A stretch of DNA of 64,000 nt from Callorhinchus milii (Eukaryota), in NCBI RefSeq assembly GCF_018977255.1, contig NW_024704763.1:4154001-4218000 (forward strand), written 5' to 3'. Under the pieces are notes generated by a model. That model was not told the origin of the DNA, searched no databases, and saw only the letters and a list, made by a program, of their open reading frames with translations. A program made the position numbers and the translations under genes. Positions 12,401 to 26,213 of the stretch are shown piece by piece. Position 1 is the stretch's first letter. Each line of letters begins with the position of its first letter.

Positions 12401-15400
12401 AAATCTTTAGAATGTATGAAACTGGACAATGGATCCATTAATAACAGCGCTAATACCTACCAAGTTGCTGCTGCAAGGTTCACTGTACTTCGTTGTTGCA
12501 AACCGGGCCAGCCCTTCATTATAAACAAATATTCGATAAGGGTCACAGGATGTGAGCAAGACATAGACACGGAGGTCAAATTTGAAGCCATCTATAATGA
12601 AAGGCTGTGAAGAGAAAATTAATAATAATAATCTTGCATTTGATATAGAGCCTTATCATGTCGTTGAAGGGTGAGCTAGCAGTGCAGAGGACAGTTCGGG
12701 GTTCTCTAACTAAAACTTTACTTCCAGGAATTCAATTTAAAGATGACAGAATTAGAACACAAGTATTCAGATTGCTTCAAACCCCTTTTCAACGTATATA
12801 GTATTTAAGCAATCCACAGCAACATTCTAAATTTGTCTTAAATAATTGTCAATATTGGAGTGCAAAATGCAATGTTTCATAAGAGATTAGATTTGATTGC
12901 ACTCAGTTAAGAATCAATGGAATTTTAGTCTCAATTATCAATTGCTTTCAGATCTGAACACCTACACACACCTAACTTTGACACAATAGATCTTCAGATC
13001 ACAGAAAATAGCATTTGTAAGAAAAGGATACTGGTTTAACTCAGTGGGTATCTTGTAAAACAGCACTCAAATGGTGCCTCTGGGAGCAATTATCCTTCCT
13101 CTACTATTGCTAAGCGGCCATCCTAGTTAAAAGCAAACAACTCTGAAACAAGGTTTCAGATCAAACCATTATCAGGGATTAGTTTCTTACCAAAGTCAGT
13201 ATAGTAACTATCACAATGAAGAACCGTTGGAGACTTCGCCCCATTATAGATAGGGAAGATCTGACGTTGGGTAGGGGAGTAAAGGTTGCAGTTACCTTGC
13301 AGATGTACTGCTGACAGATCATCCTTTCTCCATTTTTAATCTCCTTTGGATTTTTCGTAATGAAAATGCCACGGCCCTGACACCCGCAATCTGGTTTACA
13401 GATGTATGTTTTGTTCTTCTTGGTTCGACAGTAGGCCTGAAAATCCCCAAAACTGTACAGACAGTGTGGTCAAGGGCACATGTAGGAAACTCACCAATAC
13501 ATAATTTAGTAATTATTATTCCCGTGGGAACACAAGTGAACACCAATCACCGATTTTAATAAATCTAATGATCCCATTACCCGTTCCTTCAAACAACTCC
13601 AATTTTCCAACCAGCTAAAGCAAATTAACTCAACACTGTTATTGCGTTCCAAAATTGAGCTATTTACATAAATTCCCAAGCTATCAGTCACAATCCTCCA
13701 CCTTTAATTGTTTATCCAATAACTGCTCACCAAGCTTCAATTAACCCACAACTTGGCCCTCCACTCAGTTACTTACTGTAACATCTATCTTCTACCGGAG
13801 TTTGGAGGATCATGTAACTATCAGCCTTAACTCCAACTGTTTTGCAATTTCGCCCACCACAATTTCCCAGCGCTTCACCCAATATTTATCCAGTCACTTC
13901 AATAATCCATCATGCATTCCAAATCGTCCTATATGCACAATATAATTTATAATATAATTTATACAAAATTCTACCTATGTAAAATAGAATCCATTAACTT
14001 CACTCAATCAGATACAGTCCCAGTACTTAAAGGAGAGGAATATTGTTGGTTTTCCATTTTGTACGTTAGAACTGCTGGTCAGAGATGACATGAGGTAGGA
14101 TTCTGGAAGGTTGAGATCAAATGAACCAAAGGGCCATCTTCAACCAAACCTCTCTTCTGATAATGTGAACATTCAACTGACTGTCCAAATCTTTGATTGG
14201 CTATCACAATACTCAATTAGATATTCTGATCCCTGCATCATTTTGTCTCTATTAGGTCACTTACTAACTACCCAATACAACTGTTTGATGTGGTTTAAAT
14301 TCAGTCCTAAAACTACTCACTCTGCAGGAAGACACCAGGTACGTGGGAAGATATTGTATTCCTTTGGGAAGAGTTTCAACATTCTGTTCATATTCCTGGC
14401 TAGAAGGTCCTTCCTACAAATCTCACTCATTCCCGGAAAATGGTTCATTTTCTGCAAAGCAAAAATAACACAAATAGTGTTGATTTTCCATTGTCTTAGT
14501 GACTAAATGCAGTGTATGATAGGATATTGATTCAAATAGATCAAAAAGTCCAAGTAAAGTTCCTGATCTGTGCTGAGCTAGCTAATTGCAGCTATGTGTA
14601 GTGGTTCTGCAATAACAAAAGCAACAAAATGACACTTGTATAGAACCTTTCACATCAGGAGAACATCCCAACATTGTGAGGCAGAGAGAGAGAAAAAGAA
14701 CCATGGCTTCCTGCTTGTCATCCCAATCTAATATTCCTGATGAAAGCATGTATGTGGATGTCGTGAAGATCAGACTTTCTGTGATCCTTTCCTCCCTCCC
14801 CCCAGTTCAGTGCTTCTCTGCTGGAGGAGAGAGTGCATCAGTGCCTGAAGTTGATGCACCCATTGTGTAACTGAATGTCCTACCTGATTGTTCCCCCTTG
14901 TTAGTCGAATATTGCTGAGCTGAGATTAATTGTAGGCCCTGCTTCTGCATCATCTGATATCAGATACCTTAGCAAAGAGTTACACATTAAACTCTACGTT
15001 CTTTAACGGATCGTTAGATCATACCTAGGACTTTCCTGTTTGTACAGATCAGTTTCACACTCTGCCAATCCACTACAACAAAACCCTCTACTTCATTTCT
15101 TTTTCTCTTCCTCAATGCCATAATCCTAACCTGAAAACGCTTCATCTCCATGACTCGTTCATGAGATACAGAAGAGTCAGTCCAGTACAATATCCATTCC
15201 TCATCCTCCCCAACCTCCTTCAATCCACACCGTCGGGCTGTACGATGGACTGCAACAAGTACATGGCAGAGTAACCAAGACAGAGAGAGAGAGAGAGACA
15301 CACACACACACGTGCAAACACAGAGAAAGCAAATAAAAAAATAAAACTGGAAAATACACAGAAAAGAGAAGTGAAGAAAAAAAATTGAAAGAAGCAGTTG

Positions 15401-17561
15401 GCAAGAGTAGGATTGGCAGACAGAGAATGAGAAATAAGGAGGAACCATAACTTGCCCTGATACAGTATAAGCAACTTTCACATAGTATACACCAAAAAGT
15501 GCTTTACAAAATAAATTACCAAGCAAGGTGGGATCATGAGGTGGGGAGGGGGGAGAGGAGGATTTGAGGATGTTGATATAGTCAAAGAGCTAGGTTTAAA
15601 GAGTTTTAAAGGCAAGTTGAGAGGGCAGAAAGAAGAAAGAATGACACAAATTTGGAGATAATGTGGCATGAAAGGAAGAAAGAACAATAGAAGTAAACAA
15701 GGAACAGTGTTCCATTTTCCAGTACAAACATCCCTCACCTTAGTAAGCAAATATTTCACTAAAAAGTTTTTAAAAAGGAAGTGCTGAAACCTTTTTTGGG
15801 ATTCAACTACTTTAAAAAGAGTCAAAAACAGTTAGTGACTGTTCTCAGTGTGACCAATCATAGAAACCAGCATATTCACAGGTTCAATCCCAAGTCTGTG
15901 CTTTTTTTGTATCTCAGGTGGCACAGAGCCTTGCTAATTGTCATTAGCTTCTTAGGGAAAATATTAGCCAGGGTTCTTGCATCTGACTGAAATTCTACAT
16001 GATGTCTACATGAGTAGGATGTCAGATAAGGACATGATTAGGTTTGTCTGTGGTATCTCTGACAGCCAGGCAGCATTCTGCTCAATGATAACACATGAAA
16101 ACTAGACACTCTAGTCTGAGTTTAGATTATGAGCTCAAGTTCCAACTTGGGGCTTAAACTCACAACTTTCTAAGGCAAATACCAATTCAGCCAATGCGAC
16201 ATGGGGAAAATAGGTTGGGGAAAAAAATAAAAATTGTGAATTGTTACATCAACTAATTTTTACAGTGCCACACGCAGTGAGTTGCTTTGACCTGTTATGT
16301 AGGCAAATGCGGTAGCTAATCTCCCACAAATATGTGCCACATACAGCAATGAGACGAGCAAATGCATCAAATCTGATTTTGGTGTTGTTCTGAGTAACAC
16401 CCTTGCTTCTGGTCCCATTAACTTCATCATATCATTACTTACCACTGTCATATTTGCAATTTATTAAATTTATTCCCAGCCACCTGCAAGAGAGGAAAAG
16501 CTGAGAAGAAATACAGAGCAGTTTGCTAATTTCAGTAAAACAGATATTAAGACATTTTCACACACAAACCTGGTTACTGGTGAGCCTGCAGGTTCTGCTT
16601 TCCATCTCACATATTTAACCACTGATTTTGACCATGTAAATCTCAATAAAATATAGGTTGCTTGATACAGTAAAAAACAAAACTATAGGCTTTAATATGC
16701 TCAAATAAATTTCCCTGCATCCTTCAATTTTTCTCCTGCTGGGGTACCATGCAGACAGATGCCAGACAGATCCCTCTGGTACCTTAATCAACTGGTTAGA
16801 TTTCATAGGCAGTACTGTTTTTAACTCTGACCGGAGGAGGGGGAGGGTAGCATACTAACCTGAAGCCAACTGTAGCCCTAACTTCTGCCCAGCTGAGATC
16901 AGCTAAGTCAGTGTGGATCAAAGATAGAACCTGGTTCCTCTCTAGTTCACACGGGTCAATTTCACACAGTACTTTACCAATGTGGGTTATTGATTCCAAA
17001 GTACTTGGAAAGCGACCAGCTTCTGGACCTTTGCTAATATTATGCTGGAGTTAGCTGCTACTCGGAGAGGTGGCTGGTGTGTGGAGGGGGGAAAGAATGG
17101 AGGATGGTTCATCATGCCATTCCCTGATCCTCCCTCAAATCCTGTGCAAGTGTGATGCACATTAATGTTGGACTGTAGATACATAAATGATATTGTACTA
17201 GTGATGGTGCAGGTGTGAAAAGGCCATAAATATATTAGTCCTGTACGTTAGCCTGGTCTTACCTGCGTTTTCTCTTCTTTTTCTTCTTTTGTCCATCTGG
17301 CTCTTTGATGGGGGAGTCTTTTGCATTTCCCTCCACCCTGGATACTTTGAGCTCTAGTTTTATTTTCTCTTCTTCTCCCTTTGTCTGTTCGAGATCGTGA
17401 ACCATATGCACTTCTCTGGTTGGTCCAGTGGTCCTCACTACATTCATTTCTTCCTGAGCAACCTCTGCCTCTTCCTCTGAGTAGTCACTCTCTTCCTCAT
17501 TTTCTTCCTCTTCAGCTGAATCTTCCTCAGAATCGCTGCCACCTCCAGAAGCATACTTCAT
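3477..17561 (-). CDS. TTLL13: Tubulin polyglutamylase TTLL13 (TTLL6/13 subfamily), multi-exon, with an apparent 1-nt frameshift in exon 8701-8890
   Basis: Exons with GT/AG ends: 17561-17263, 16483-16443, 15249-15131, 14451-14321, 13452-13296, 12604-12461, 11469-11384, 10918-10693, 9398-9217, 8890-8701, 8230-8062 (or 8050), 7111-6905, 5555-5171, 4568-4307, 3489-3477 (last exons less certain). TTL motifs NHFPGMSEICRKD, YICKPDCGCQGRGI, GFKFDLRVY, MHLTNYAINK, FEILGFD, LEVNHSPSF, and ETVASKAREECARQQLEEIRLK. TTLL13 rather than TTLL6 is based on adjacency to CIB1/GDPGP1. Confidence 0.88.
6505..6897 (+). mobile_element. Older, diverged DeuSINE-type element (SacSINE1/AmnSINE-like)
   Basis: CTCTCGCCTCTGGATCAGATGGTTGTGGGATCAAGACC head, CAGATGAGACAAACC..GGTGGTGTTAAAGATCCCATGACACT middle, GCTATAAAAATGCAAGGATTATT tail; relatives at ~9770-9960, ~55510-56000 and ~59905-60160. 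Confidence 0.65.
11002..11064 (-). other. 27-bp inverted repeat / stem-loop in a TTLL13 intron
   Basis: Arms 11002-11028 and 11038-11064 are complementary at 26/27 positions; 9-nt loop. Confidence 0.9.
15281..15312. repeat. (GA)n(CA)n microsatellite in the polypyrimidine region upstream of a TTLL13 exon
   Basis: cagagagagagagagagacacacacacacac. Confidence 0.85.
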
Positions 17562-18981
17562 TCTGTTACAAATGCAAACATGCAAAATCTCGGGATGAGC
17601 AACCAATTTAGCTAGGAAGTGACAGTATCCAAAGTTCCCTACCACAGAGTACTATTCCGAATGCCCGATTGCTAGTTTGCTGCTGGAATGTGCTATGTGA
17701 ATAGTCTGCCAAAACTCACAAACCAATAAAAAGACATTCAGGTTGTGTATCACAGGATGCATGTGGAACTGTATTCTAGTAAAAGAAAAACAATGCAAAG
17801 ACCATCAGCATCGCAACTGCCTTCCGAGAAACTGAGACTCAGGATGGGTTAAAACAAATCAGCCAGAGTTGGCTGACACCTATGCACTGACCACCTCCTC
17901 CCCACATACTTCTCCAACACTCATTGTTGGATTCCAGCGTCATTGGAAAGTTTATAAATCAGATGAGGAAAAAATCAGACTTGGCTGTGATGCCTACTCC
18001 AAGTAACAGGGCATTATTCGAAAAGACAAAGGAGTTCCTCCCGGTGTCCTGGCCTACAATCCCTCAGTAAAATTGATTATTTACATCATGGCTGTTTGTA
18101 GGACATTGCGGTGTGCAAATTGGCTGCCGTGTTTGCCCGCAAACTGTACAGTGATTACACTTTGCAGTAGATCCTGTGAAATATAGTCAATTCACGTTAC
18201 AGTATATTCTGTGAAGCGCTTTGAGACGTCTCGGAGACATGAAAAGCGCTATATCAAATGCAAGGTTTGTTATTATCATTAATACTACGTACTTTAAGCC
18301 GCCTCAAAGGCATAATATGGAGCTCTGTCAAATTGCAAGGATTATTTATGTTGTCAACACACTGGGGCCAATACTCACTGTCCAGGTTCACACATGAAGA
18401 ATGGCCGCTTGGGCAAGCTACCGGACAAGACTCAGTGCTCATGGAACCGTACCCCTCACGAGTCAGCGCCTTCTGGGAGGGTGGGTGGGTGGGGGGGAGA
18501 GGAGAATTGTTTTTAAAGATAAAGCATAGGTTAATGTTTGGTAGCATTTGTAATGCCAGTCACATCCCCCCCCCACAGCCCCAACACCCCCCCCCCCCCT
18601 TTTAAAAAAAATAAAAACCTGCCAACTCAGGTCAGTCAGCGCCGTGTGTATCTCTGGGGGAGGAACCTGACCGCACAGTTTGACGAGGGGTGGTGTGGGG
18701 GTGGTGTGGGGGGGGGGGGGGGTCACTGTTCGTGTCACTCTTGAGTCACTTTGCGAACCCTGATCCCGGGTTTAGTCGCTGGTTGCCAAGGGCGCCATGT
18801 TGCTGTGGCGCGTTGCTATGCTGCTGGGGTCGGGCCCGCGGCCACAGCCCAAGGCCGGGGTGGCTTTACACACGGCTCTGTGGAGACTGGGATCATCCTC
18901 TGCTCGTGGCCCCCGCTCTGCCTTCCCCTCCTTTCTCTCCCGCTCTGCCTCTCTCCTCCTTCGCCGGTTTGCCTCCTTTAC

Positions 18982-19210
18982 CTGACGTCCTGCCTCCGCC
19001 TCAGGGCCGCTCTCACTCTTCAGTCCCGGCCCGCACCGTAGCCATGGAAACCGGACGCGCCCCTTCTGATTGGCGCCAAACCTCGAGGCCTCATTGGCCG
19101 CCGGCCGGGCCGGCGCTGACTGGCTCCTTGGTGATGTCAGGCCGCCCCTGACTGGCCGACAGTCACCGCTGTTCTGATTGAACAATCCCGCCCTGGCCCT
19201 CATTGGCCCG
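18982..19210 (-). promoter_or_regulatory. TTLL13 CpG-island promoter / non-coding first exon with RFX X-box
   Basis: GC/CpG-rich 18770-19270; splice donor CAG|GTAAAG after 18982; X-box-like GTAGCCATGGAAAC at 19038-19051; several CCAAT boxes (ATTGG on +). RFX regulation is typical of ciliary genes. Confidence 0.6.
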
Positions 19211-19599
19211 GGGAGCGGCTGGGACCTGTCCCCGGGGCGAGTTGATCAACTGGGTCGGTGGCCCCCTTCGCCCACCACACACGTGCAGTCAATTGACTTT
19301 CTAGTATGTTCTATACTTTCTAGTACGTTCTAAGGCGCTGTGGCGTTGTCCTCCCGGTGTGAAAGGCGCTCTCCAAGTGTAATTTTGTGTTGCGTTTGGA
19401 GACGTCTCAGCCACGTGATAAGGCACCGCATCAGATGCAATATTGTATTAAGCTCGGGCTGGGCGGAGAAGCCTCTTCGGCCCTTACAATCTCATCCCTC
19501 CGGCACACCCGCCCCCGGCGGACCCACCATCGCCGCAGCGAGCTGTTTTGTCGTCGAGTCCAGTGCGCTGCTCTCTGTCACCTTTTCGGGCACCGGGTT

Positions 19600-19900
19600 C
19601 CAGAATATACTGTAAAGCGAACTGTCTATTTTGTGAGCGAAATGCAGCAGCCGCTTGCGCACAGTAGCCACCCACAAACAGTCGCGGATTGAAGTGACCC
19701 ATTTATTATTTTTTTTTGAAGGAATTATTACCCCGAGAAAAGTGATCTGCCAATCGACTAACAACCGGGTTCCTACTTTCTGCTAGATAAAGAGAGGCAC
19801 GTAGAATAAGGAAATTTGCCCAACATTTCGCCCTGCCAGGAATCGAATCCAGGTCTCTCGCTTGCAAGGCAAGTGCTCTAATCACTGAGCTACAGGTCTC
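19600..19900 (-). mobile_element. SINE copy upstream of TTLL13
   Basis: Head (CTGTAGCTCAGTGATTAGAGCACTTGCCTTGCAAGCGAGAGACC on -) plus body. Confidence 0.8.
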
Positions 19901-20214
19901 CACAAATGCTCATTGTTGGAGGGGCTTTCTTTGGATGAGACATTAAACCTTTGTCTCATCTGCTCGTTCTTCAGATCCCATATGACAACTTGAATTTATA
20001 TAGCACCTTTCATGCAGAGTAGTGTGTCTTTACTGGAAAGTGATTAATTGATTATTCACTTTGACTAAATTCCTGTGGTAAATTCCTACCTGTAAATCGG
20101 ATACTGAGTTTGCCTAGAAAAAAATCAGTCACTGACTTAACAGGATTTATTGTATAATAATAAGGCATTTCTATATTAGTGTAACTAACAGTCAGATGTG
20201 CCGGCAACAAATAA

Positions 20215-20503
20215 TAGAGCACTCGCCTCAAAAGCGATAAACCTGGGTTCGATTCCCGGCAGGGCAAAACCTTGGGCAAGTTTCCTTACTTGACACACCT
20301 GATAATAATCCCTCAAGAAAAGAAGCAATAATAAAATTGGTCACTTCAATCCACGACTGTTTGTGGGACACTTATGTGCGCAATTGGCTGCTGCGTTTCG
20401 CCCACAAATATACAGTCAATTCACTTTACAGTATATTCTGTACTTTGAGAAGTTTAGAAGAGGTGAAAAGTGCTATATCAAATGCAATGATTAATATTAT
20501 TAT
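20215..20503 (+). mobile_element. SINE copy downstream of CIB1
   Basis: Degenerate head GGTTCGATTCCCGGC, then body and tail of the same family. Confidence 0.82.
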
Positions 20504-20855
20504 GCTTTGAGAAGCTAAAATAATCTGAAGATTTAGTGGAGAATTTGGATGATGGGAATAAAGTGATTGCATACAGGACTCGGGGCAAAAGGCACTTTAA
20601 TGCATAATAAAAAGGATCATCAACATTTGAAACAGATTTTAGACACAATGTATATTAAAGCATTTTGTTAACTCAGAAAACAGTTTGCAATACCATAATT
20701 ATAACTCTAGAAATTCACAGTATCTCTGTACATTAGACATCAATTCAAAGTTTTTAGACAGACAGTACGAAATGTTAGAAACAGAAAGAAACTATTCTCT
20801 GCAGCCACAGCAGCTCAGTGATCAGATGTTGGATCTACTGGATTCCAGCTCAAGG

Positions 20856-23800
20856 TTACAACACAAGCTTAAAGGAACTGAAAAACAAGACAAAAATATA
20901 TCAGCACCAGTGGAACAGCTCAATGCATTTCTTAAAAACTGCTTCCCTGTAGCTCTTCCGATGGTTCAGGTAAGTTTATCCAGGGCAGCAGAATGAGCCA
21001 ATCAAACTGGAATGGTTTTGATCAGAGGTTTGTCTGTGCTGGTTTAGTTGACTTCAAGTGTTTATTCTTCAAGCATAAGCCTAAATCATGAATGTCAAGC
21101 AGCCTACATCACATCTGATTGTCCACTTTTCAAGCTGAATGCTCCCCTCCCAAAAAATCACCTTTCCTCCCCACTGTTATCCAAATTGAGTTCAACTAAC
21201 TTAGCACCAACAGGAGGTGGAATCTGGGAACTCACTGACTGGCATGCCCTCAGTTGCCCCTGTGGTCAGTAAATTCACCAACTAAGCACCTATTGGGCTA
21301 ACATTTTATGGATTTTTGTGTAAATTCACACTGAATGTTGTGAACTCAAAGCCTCCATGGCGAGACAGACTGTTTTTTTTGGTTACTGCTCTTTAGTGCT
21401 TTTCCACTTCCCTACCCTAACTGTGTGCAAGACAGCATTTTTCCATATGCTTTAGTGTCTCCTAGTACTGTGCAATTCAAGATTCAGCCTTGGGTTCCAA
21501 TCATTGGCTGTCCCATCTTCCCAGAGCATTAAACTAAATATTTGTTAATGTACCAAAGGTAAACAGTGCAACAAAACAGCCTGGCCCTAGTTACACAAGG
21601 ACCAGTTTATATTCCCTCATCATCCGAATGCAGCCCCAAATTTCTAGCTAATTGGCAACTCAACTCACTAATTTGAACATGGATAGCAAACCACTAATAT
21701 TGTTATTGGTTTACTCGATTTTCTGTATTCTGAGTTGTAATTAACATTTGGTGTGCCAAGAATCCTTCTCTTATAAAGCTCCAGTTCACTGTTCCTACTC
21801 AGTTAATATCTTGCCACAAGCAGTACAGTGTTTTATTTAATTCTAATTAATGAAATACCCACAGTAGCTGCTTATTTGCGCTTTGTTTACCTCACAAAGT
21901 CCGGGGATCTGGAAATGACGTGCTGAAACTCCGAGAGATTCACTGTCCCATCCTTGTCAATATCAGATTCTTCCAAAATCTGGTAGAAAAAGTACAAAGT
22001 AATAAATGTCAATGGTACATCAGCAATAGATTCAGAATTCATAAGTTGTTTTATGCAAGTGTACACAACAGTAGATAAACAGGTAAGAGTGCCAACTAGT
22101 AACAGCCATATTTCACAGACTGCCACTCAGTCCAGGGAAATATCAAGTATTAACTCTGTAAAAGCGGCCCTTACATTTTGGATCAGCTGGCTCATTTCAC
22201 TCTCCTCAAGTCTGGTATCAGGGGTGTCTCCTGTCAAGCAGTTCACCAACGTCTCCAAATCTCTTCTATCCAAAGTTCCATCATCATCAAAATCTGTAAT
22301 GCAACCAGCACAGTAGGAGTTAATGTTACATTTTCAACCCAAACACCAAGGACAACCCCTCTCACAGAGTGAGAAACAGACTACTGCACGAGCCCAGTCT
22401 GAGACATGCTTACCGAATATGCGAAATGCATAGTGAGATTTAACCTCAAGAGTTGCTGATTCGCTAAAAGCACTGAGCATGTCCAAGAAATCCTCAAAAG
22501 ACATACTGCCATCATGGTTGTTGGACGTTGAAAACACCAGGCAGATGCGATCTCTGAACGGATTAGCCTGTAATCAACAGAGCATGAATGTATTTATTGA
22601 TAAATAATAGATAATTGGCAACATTACTCAGAGCTTGGTTGATCCTGGTTCCCAAAAGAAGATCACAAAGGGTGGAATTCTGTGGGACAACACGATGCAT
22701 TCAGAAGGGTTCGACAATTGATTTTTTAAAAAATGCTTTGCAAATAATGCAGTTTACACATTGGTGTCACTTGCTCTGAGAAAACAGGGAGGAAAATTAA
22801 TTGATCATTTCAGAAAGAAAGTCCAGAGAAGCAAAGCACTAGTACCTTCAACTCTGGCAAGTCAAAGATCCTGTCCATCCCAACCCGTGTACTTGAGAAG
22901 TCAACTGTGTGATCCTTTGGGAGCAACTCCGTGAACTTGCGATGGGCACTTTTTCAGCAAAACAAACAAACAAGCAAACAAAATTACATTTGTAAAGCGC
23001 CTTTCACATCGGGAGGACGTCCCAAGGCGCTGAAATAATAAGATAATAAAAGATATAATAGATGTTAATAAATGAACACTTGACAAGTGATCAGTATAAA
23101 ACCAGCCTCATCAGTGAAAGTGTAAGATAATTGCTAATCCAGGGAAGGAACTAGACTAGTAGGTAGGTATCTCAGCCCCTTTCCCACTGCATTCAATCTG
23201 CTTTTCACTCCTTCATCTGAAAATGGTCGGTTGCTGGGGCAAGTTTCCACAGGCCTCTGCCACATCATCAAAGTGGTGCTTACGGTCACTTCCTCCCTTC
23301 CCTCAGCTTCAGGCTCTGCCACTGTTAAACGATCCAAGAACCTGCCCAGCATGAAGGGCACTATATAAATGCTATTTTTGTCACTCTTCACATATGTACC
23401 TACACAAGTATCAGCAGGCTATTCAACCATAATAAAAATGCCTCACCCTGTCTGTAATACATACGTCCTTTCTTGAATAGTAATCAGAAGCTTAGGTAAT
23501 TTTCCCCTCCTTAAACCAGAGGCACGGAGGTCAATTACAGCCCAAACTGCTGAACCAGCTGAAGTTAGTAACTGAGGGGTTCGAACACGACCTTTTGGAC
23601 TACAAGACTCACCTTGACAGCACCTTAACCAACTAAGCCAAGGAAGAGAACATGGGAATCTGCTCTAGTGCTGTTGCATCATTTGTTCACAATAACACAG
23701 AAGCCCACTGCACAACAGTCCAGGCCCACTGGTCTTTGCTGGAAGTAATTATCTATTCCATTTGGAAATAAAGTTAACAGTGCCATACTTACTGCAGAAT

Positions 23801-26213
23801 CTCTTGCTTTGTTAAAAATGTCAGTTCCTAAAATAAAAAGTAAAAAATTGTGACAAGTTAGAATTTACATGTCCTGCTCTCAGCCACCCTTCCTGGCAAC
23901 CTGTTCCTGATTAAATAAAAACTTCCTGATAGCTATTCTGAAATTACCCTTTGCAATTCTAAACATCCTTTTCTACTGTTTTGGTGCATTCTAAAATATT
24001 TGTTGAAATATACATTATATAAAGCTGGAGCCTCAGGCACCTGTCTATCTCAAGGCTGAGAAACAAGCAGGCTGTGGAAGGCTGACCAGAAGTTGTCCAT
24101 ATCTTTCTCCTTATCAGATATTTTCCCATGCGAAAAGAGCCTGCTCAAAGATTGCTAGCAGCCTGCGAAGGGTAGGGGCTATCTCTGTGACAAGACGGGG
24201 TGGAGTTAGAAACACATAAAAGATATAACTTTGAAATAGTTGGGAGTTGTGTAGCGTGTCAGCACACTTCCCAGTGGAATCGATATCGATTCTACTGTAT
24301 CTATGTATATGTACAGGGGTAAGAGAGCAAAGGTCGACAGATAACGACAAGAAGGACAGTGGCCAGGTATGATCTGGTTATTGTCCGGACGCTGCTAAAG
24401 GTATAAAGTAGGAAGGAGATGATGGCAAGGCAGTCATCTGGGCAATACCTCCAAGGAGAAGAGCAGGAGAGCAAAGAGCACACAACAAACCAGCAGCTCT
24501 TCCAGTCGATCACACTGATCACTGGAGCACTCCGGACTGCAGACCTCAGGGGAAAGATCAACTAAGAATAGCACAGACATACCAGAGGGAGACAAGGTAG
24601 CCGAGAGAGAGAGAGAAAAGGGAGCCTTGTCACAGACTCCAGAGACCATTCAGATTTGACCGCTGACCCAGCCTCCTTTCCCAGCACGCTGCTTCCACCC
24701 AACTGGGGTGATTGACTGCTAGTTACCAGTCGTATAGTTTTGCACTTCCACGCATAATGTGCCCTCTTTCGCTTAAAACCTTTAATATTATGTGATTCAA
24801 ACTTATGATTTATCGAACTGTATTCGGGATTATTATGCGATCGACTACGGGACTGTATGTGATCTATTTAGTTTAAAGTCTAATGTTCGTTTATCCCTTA
24901 AGGTATAACCAATCACTAACCCTTATTTCAATATTCATGAAGTCAGTTACAACCAGTTATTTTGATTAAACTTACTTATACTATCAAGACGTTGTTCAAT
25001 CTGTATGTATCAATTCAGCCGTCGCCGCTACAGTTTACATATTGTTCTGGTGTTTACCTTTTCAATCCCATCTATAATTTTGGACAGCTCTACGAGGCTC
25101 CCCCTGAGTCGTTTTACTCAAGAATGAAGAGCTCCAACCTGTCTAGTCGTTCCTCATAGCTAATTCTCTTAACATTGGGGATCATCCTCGTTGCTCTCCT
25201 CTGCACTGCCTGTAGAGCCTGGGCTGCACCCTTATTTTGCAGAGACCAGAACTGCATTCAGTATTCTAACATTAAAACATAGAACACAGAAAGAATGTAA
25301 ATCACTGATTTAGCAATACATCCCACCATCCTGCATAACAGGGATTGATCTTTGATCTTTACACCATAGTATCACATTGGGTATGTATGTTATTGGAATG
25401 TATGGGTAATTGCAGCAATAAGGGACAAAGGTCAGGAATCGTCCCTGTGTAGTTTGTTTTGATACATACACGTACTTAAGAGCACCATTTGAACCGCATA
25501 AAGGAAGAACGTTGAAAGCTATAAGCACAGCCCCGAAACAGACTTTTGATTGAAGACATTGATCGTACTTGATGCAGACGAGTTAAAAGCTCAATTTCAT
25601 GGACACCTTTGCTGATAGCGTTAGCAGAGAGCAAGCTTTGGTGTACTTTGAATCCTCAAAAGCCATAGTTACGAGGAATCTTGGCAGCCTTTGGCTTCTG
25701 TTTGGGAAACAATCCAAACTGTTGCGAAGCCATGGGATTCCCTGGGAGAAAGATCCTTCTACGAATGTTTCTTGGATGCGAATATCACAAGCCCTGGGAC
25801 CTAACAGAAGTTCTCACTTGCTATCGATGGTTGCATACAAGAGCAATAATGCCCGTCCTTAAAATAAGCAGTGCTGAGGCTCAAATTCAGCTATCGAGTA
25901 AACTCACAAATTAAACAGCGGTACGCAACAACGAAGAGAGGAAATCGGGAGTTATCTGATCTCACCACCCATCCCCCCCAGAACAAGCCCGCACATCCCC
26001 ACTCAGCTTTCCATCACCTGGAATGATCAAATTGCACAGCTCTGTCTGTCCGGATACCAATGCAAACCGAGGCTTCACCAGGACTCGGTTATCAACTCAA
26101 CTTCAAAACATCCCTCTTCCACTCCCCAGTGTTTTTTTTTCCCCCCTTTTGCTTATAATCACCTGATATTCGGAAAGATCCTCCTTGGAGATCTGGCTCT
26201 GCTTTCCGCCCAT
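20856..26213 (-). CDS. CIB1: Calcium and integrin-binding protein 1 (EF-hand, N-myristoylated), 7 exons, 190 aa
   Basis: Exons 26213-26163, 23827-23793, 22948-22846, 22567-22414, 22293-22175, 21979-21891, 20877-20856 join in frame (573 nt): [28 protein letters not shown]...[13 protein letters not shown]...[13 protein letters not shown]...[14 protein letters not shown]...[36 protein letters not shown]. Confidence 0.96.
24186..24951 (+). mobile_element. Possible solo-LTR-like insertion in CIB1 intron 1
   Basis: TGT...ACA candidate ends, internal TATA (GTATAAAG ~24401), GA-rich tract and CpG content above the flanks; no target-site duplication found. Confidence 0.25.
25010..25270 (-). mobile_element. 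CR1 LINE fragment (similar fragment at ~48380-48500)
   Basis: On - strand LEY..QFWSL..., [21 protein letters not shown]-like region; the 48380-48500 copy reads [32 protein letters not shown]. Confidence 0.7.

Noticed and set aside
18690-19203. Overlapping 130-150 aa ORFs at the TTLL13 5' end
   Set aside because: Stop-poor CpG-island sequence with no homology cues or coherent splice phase
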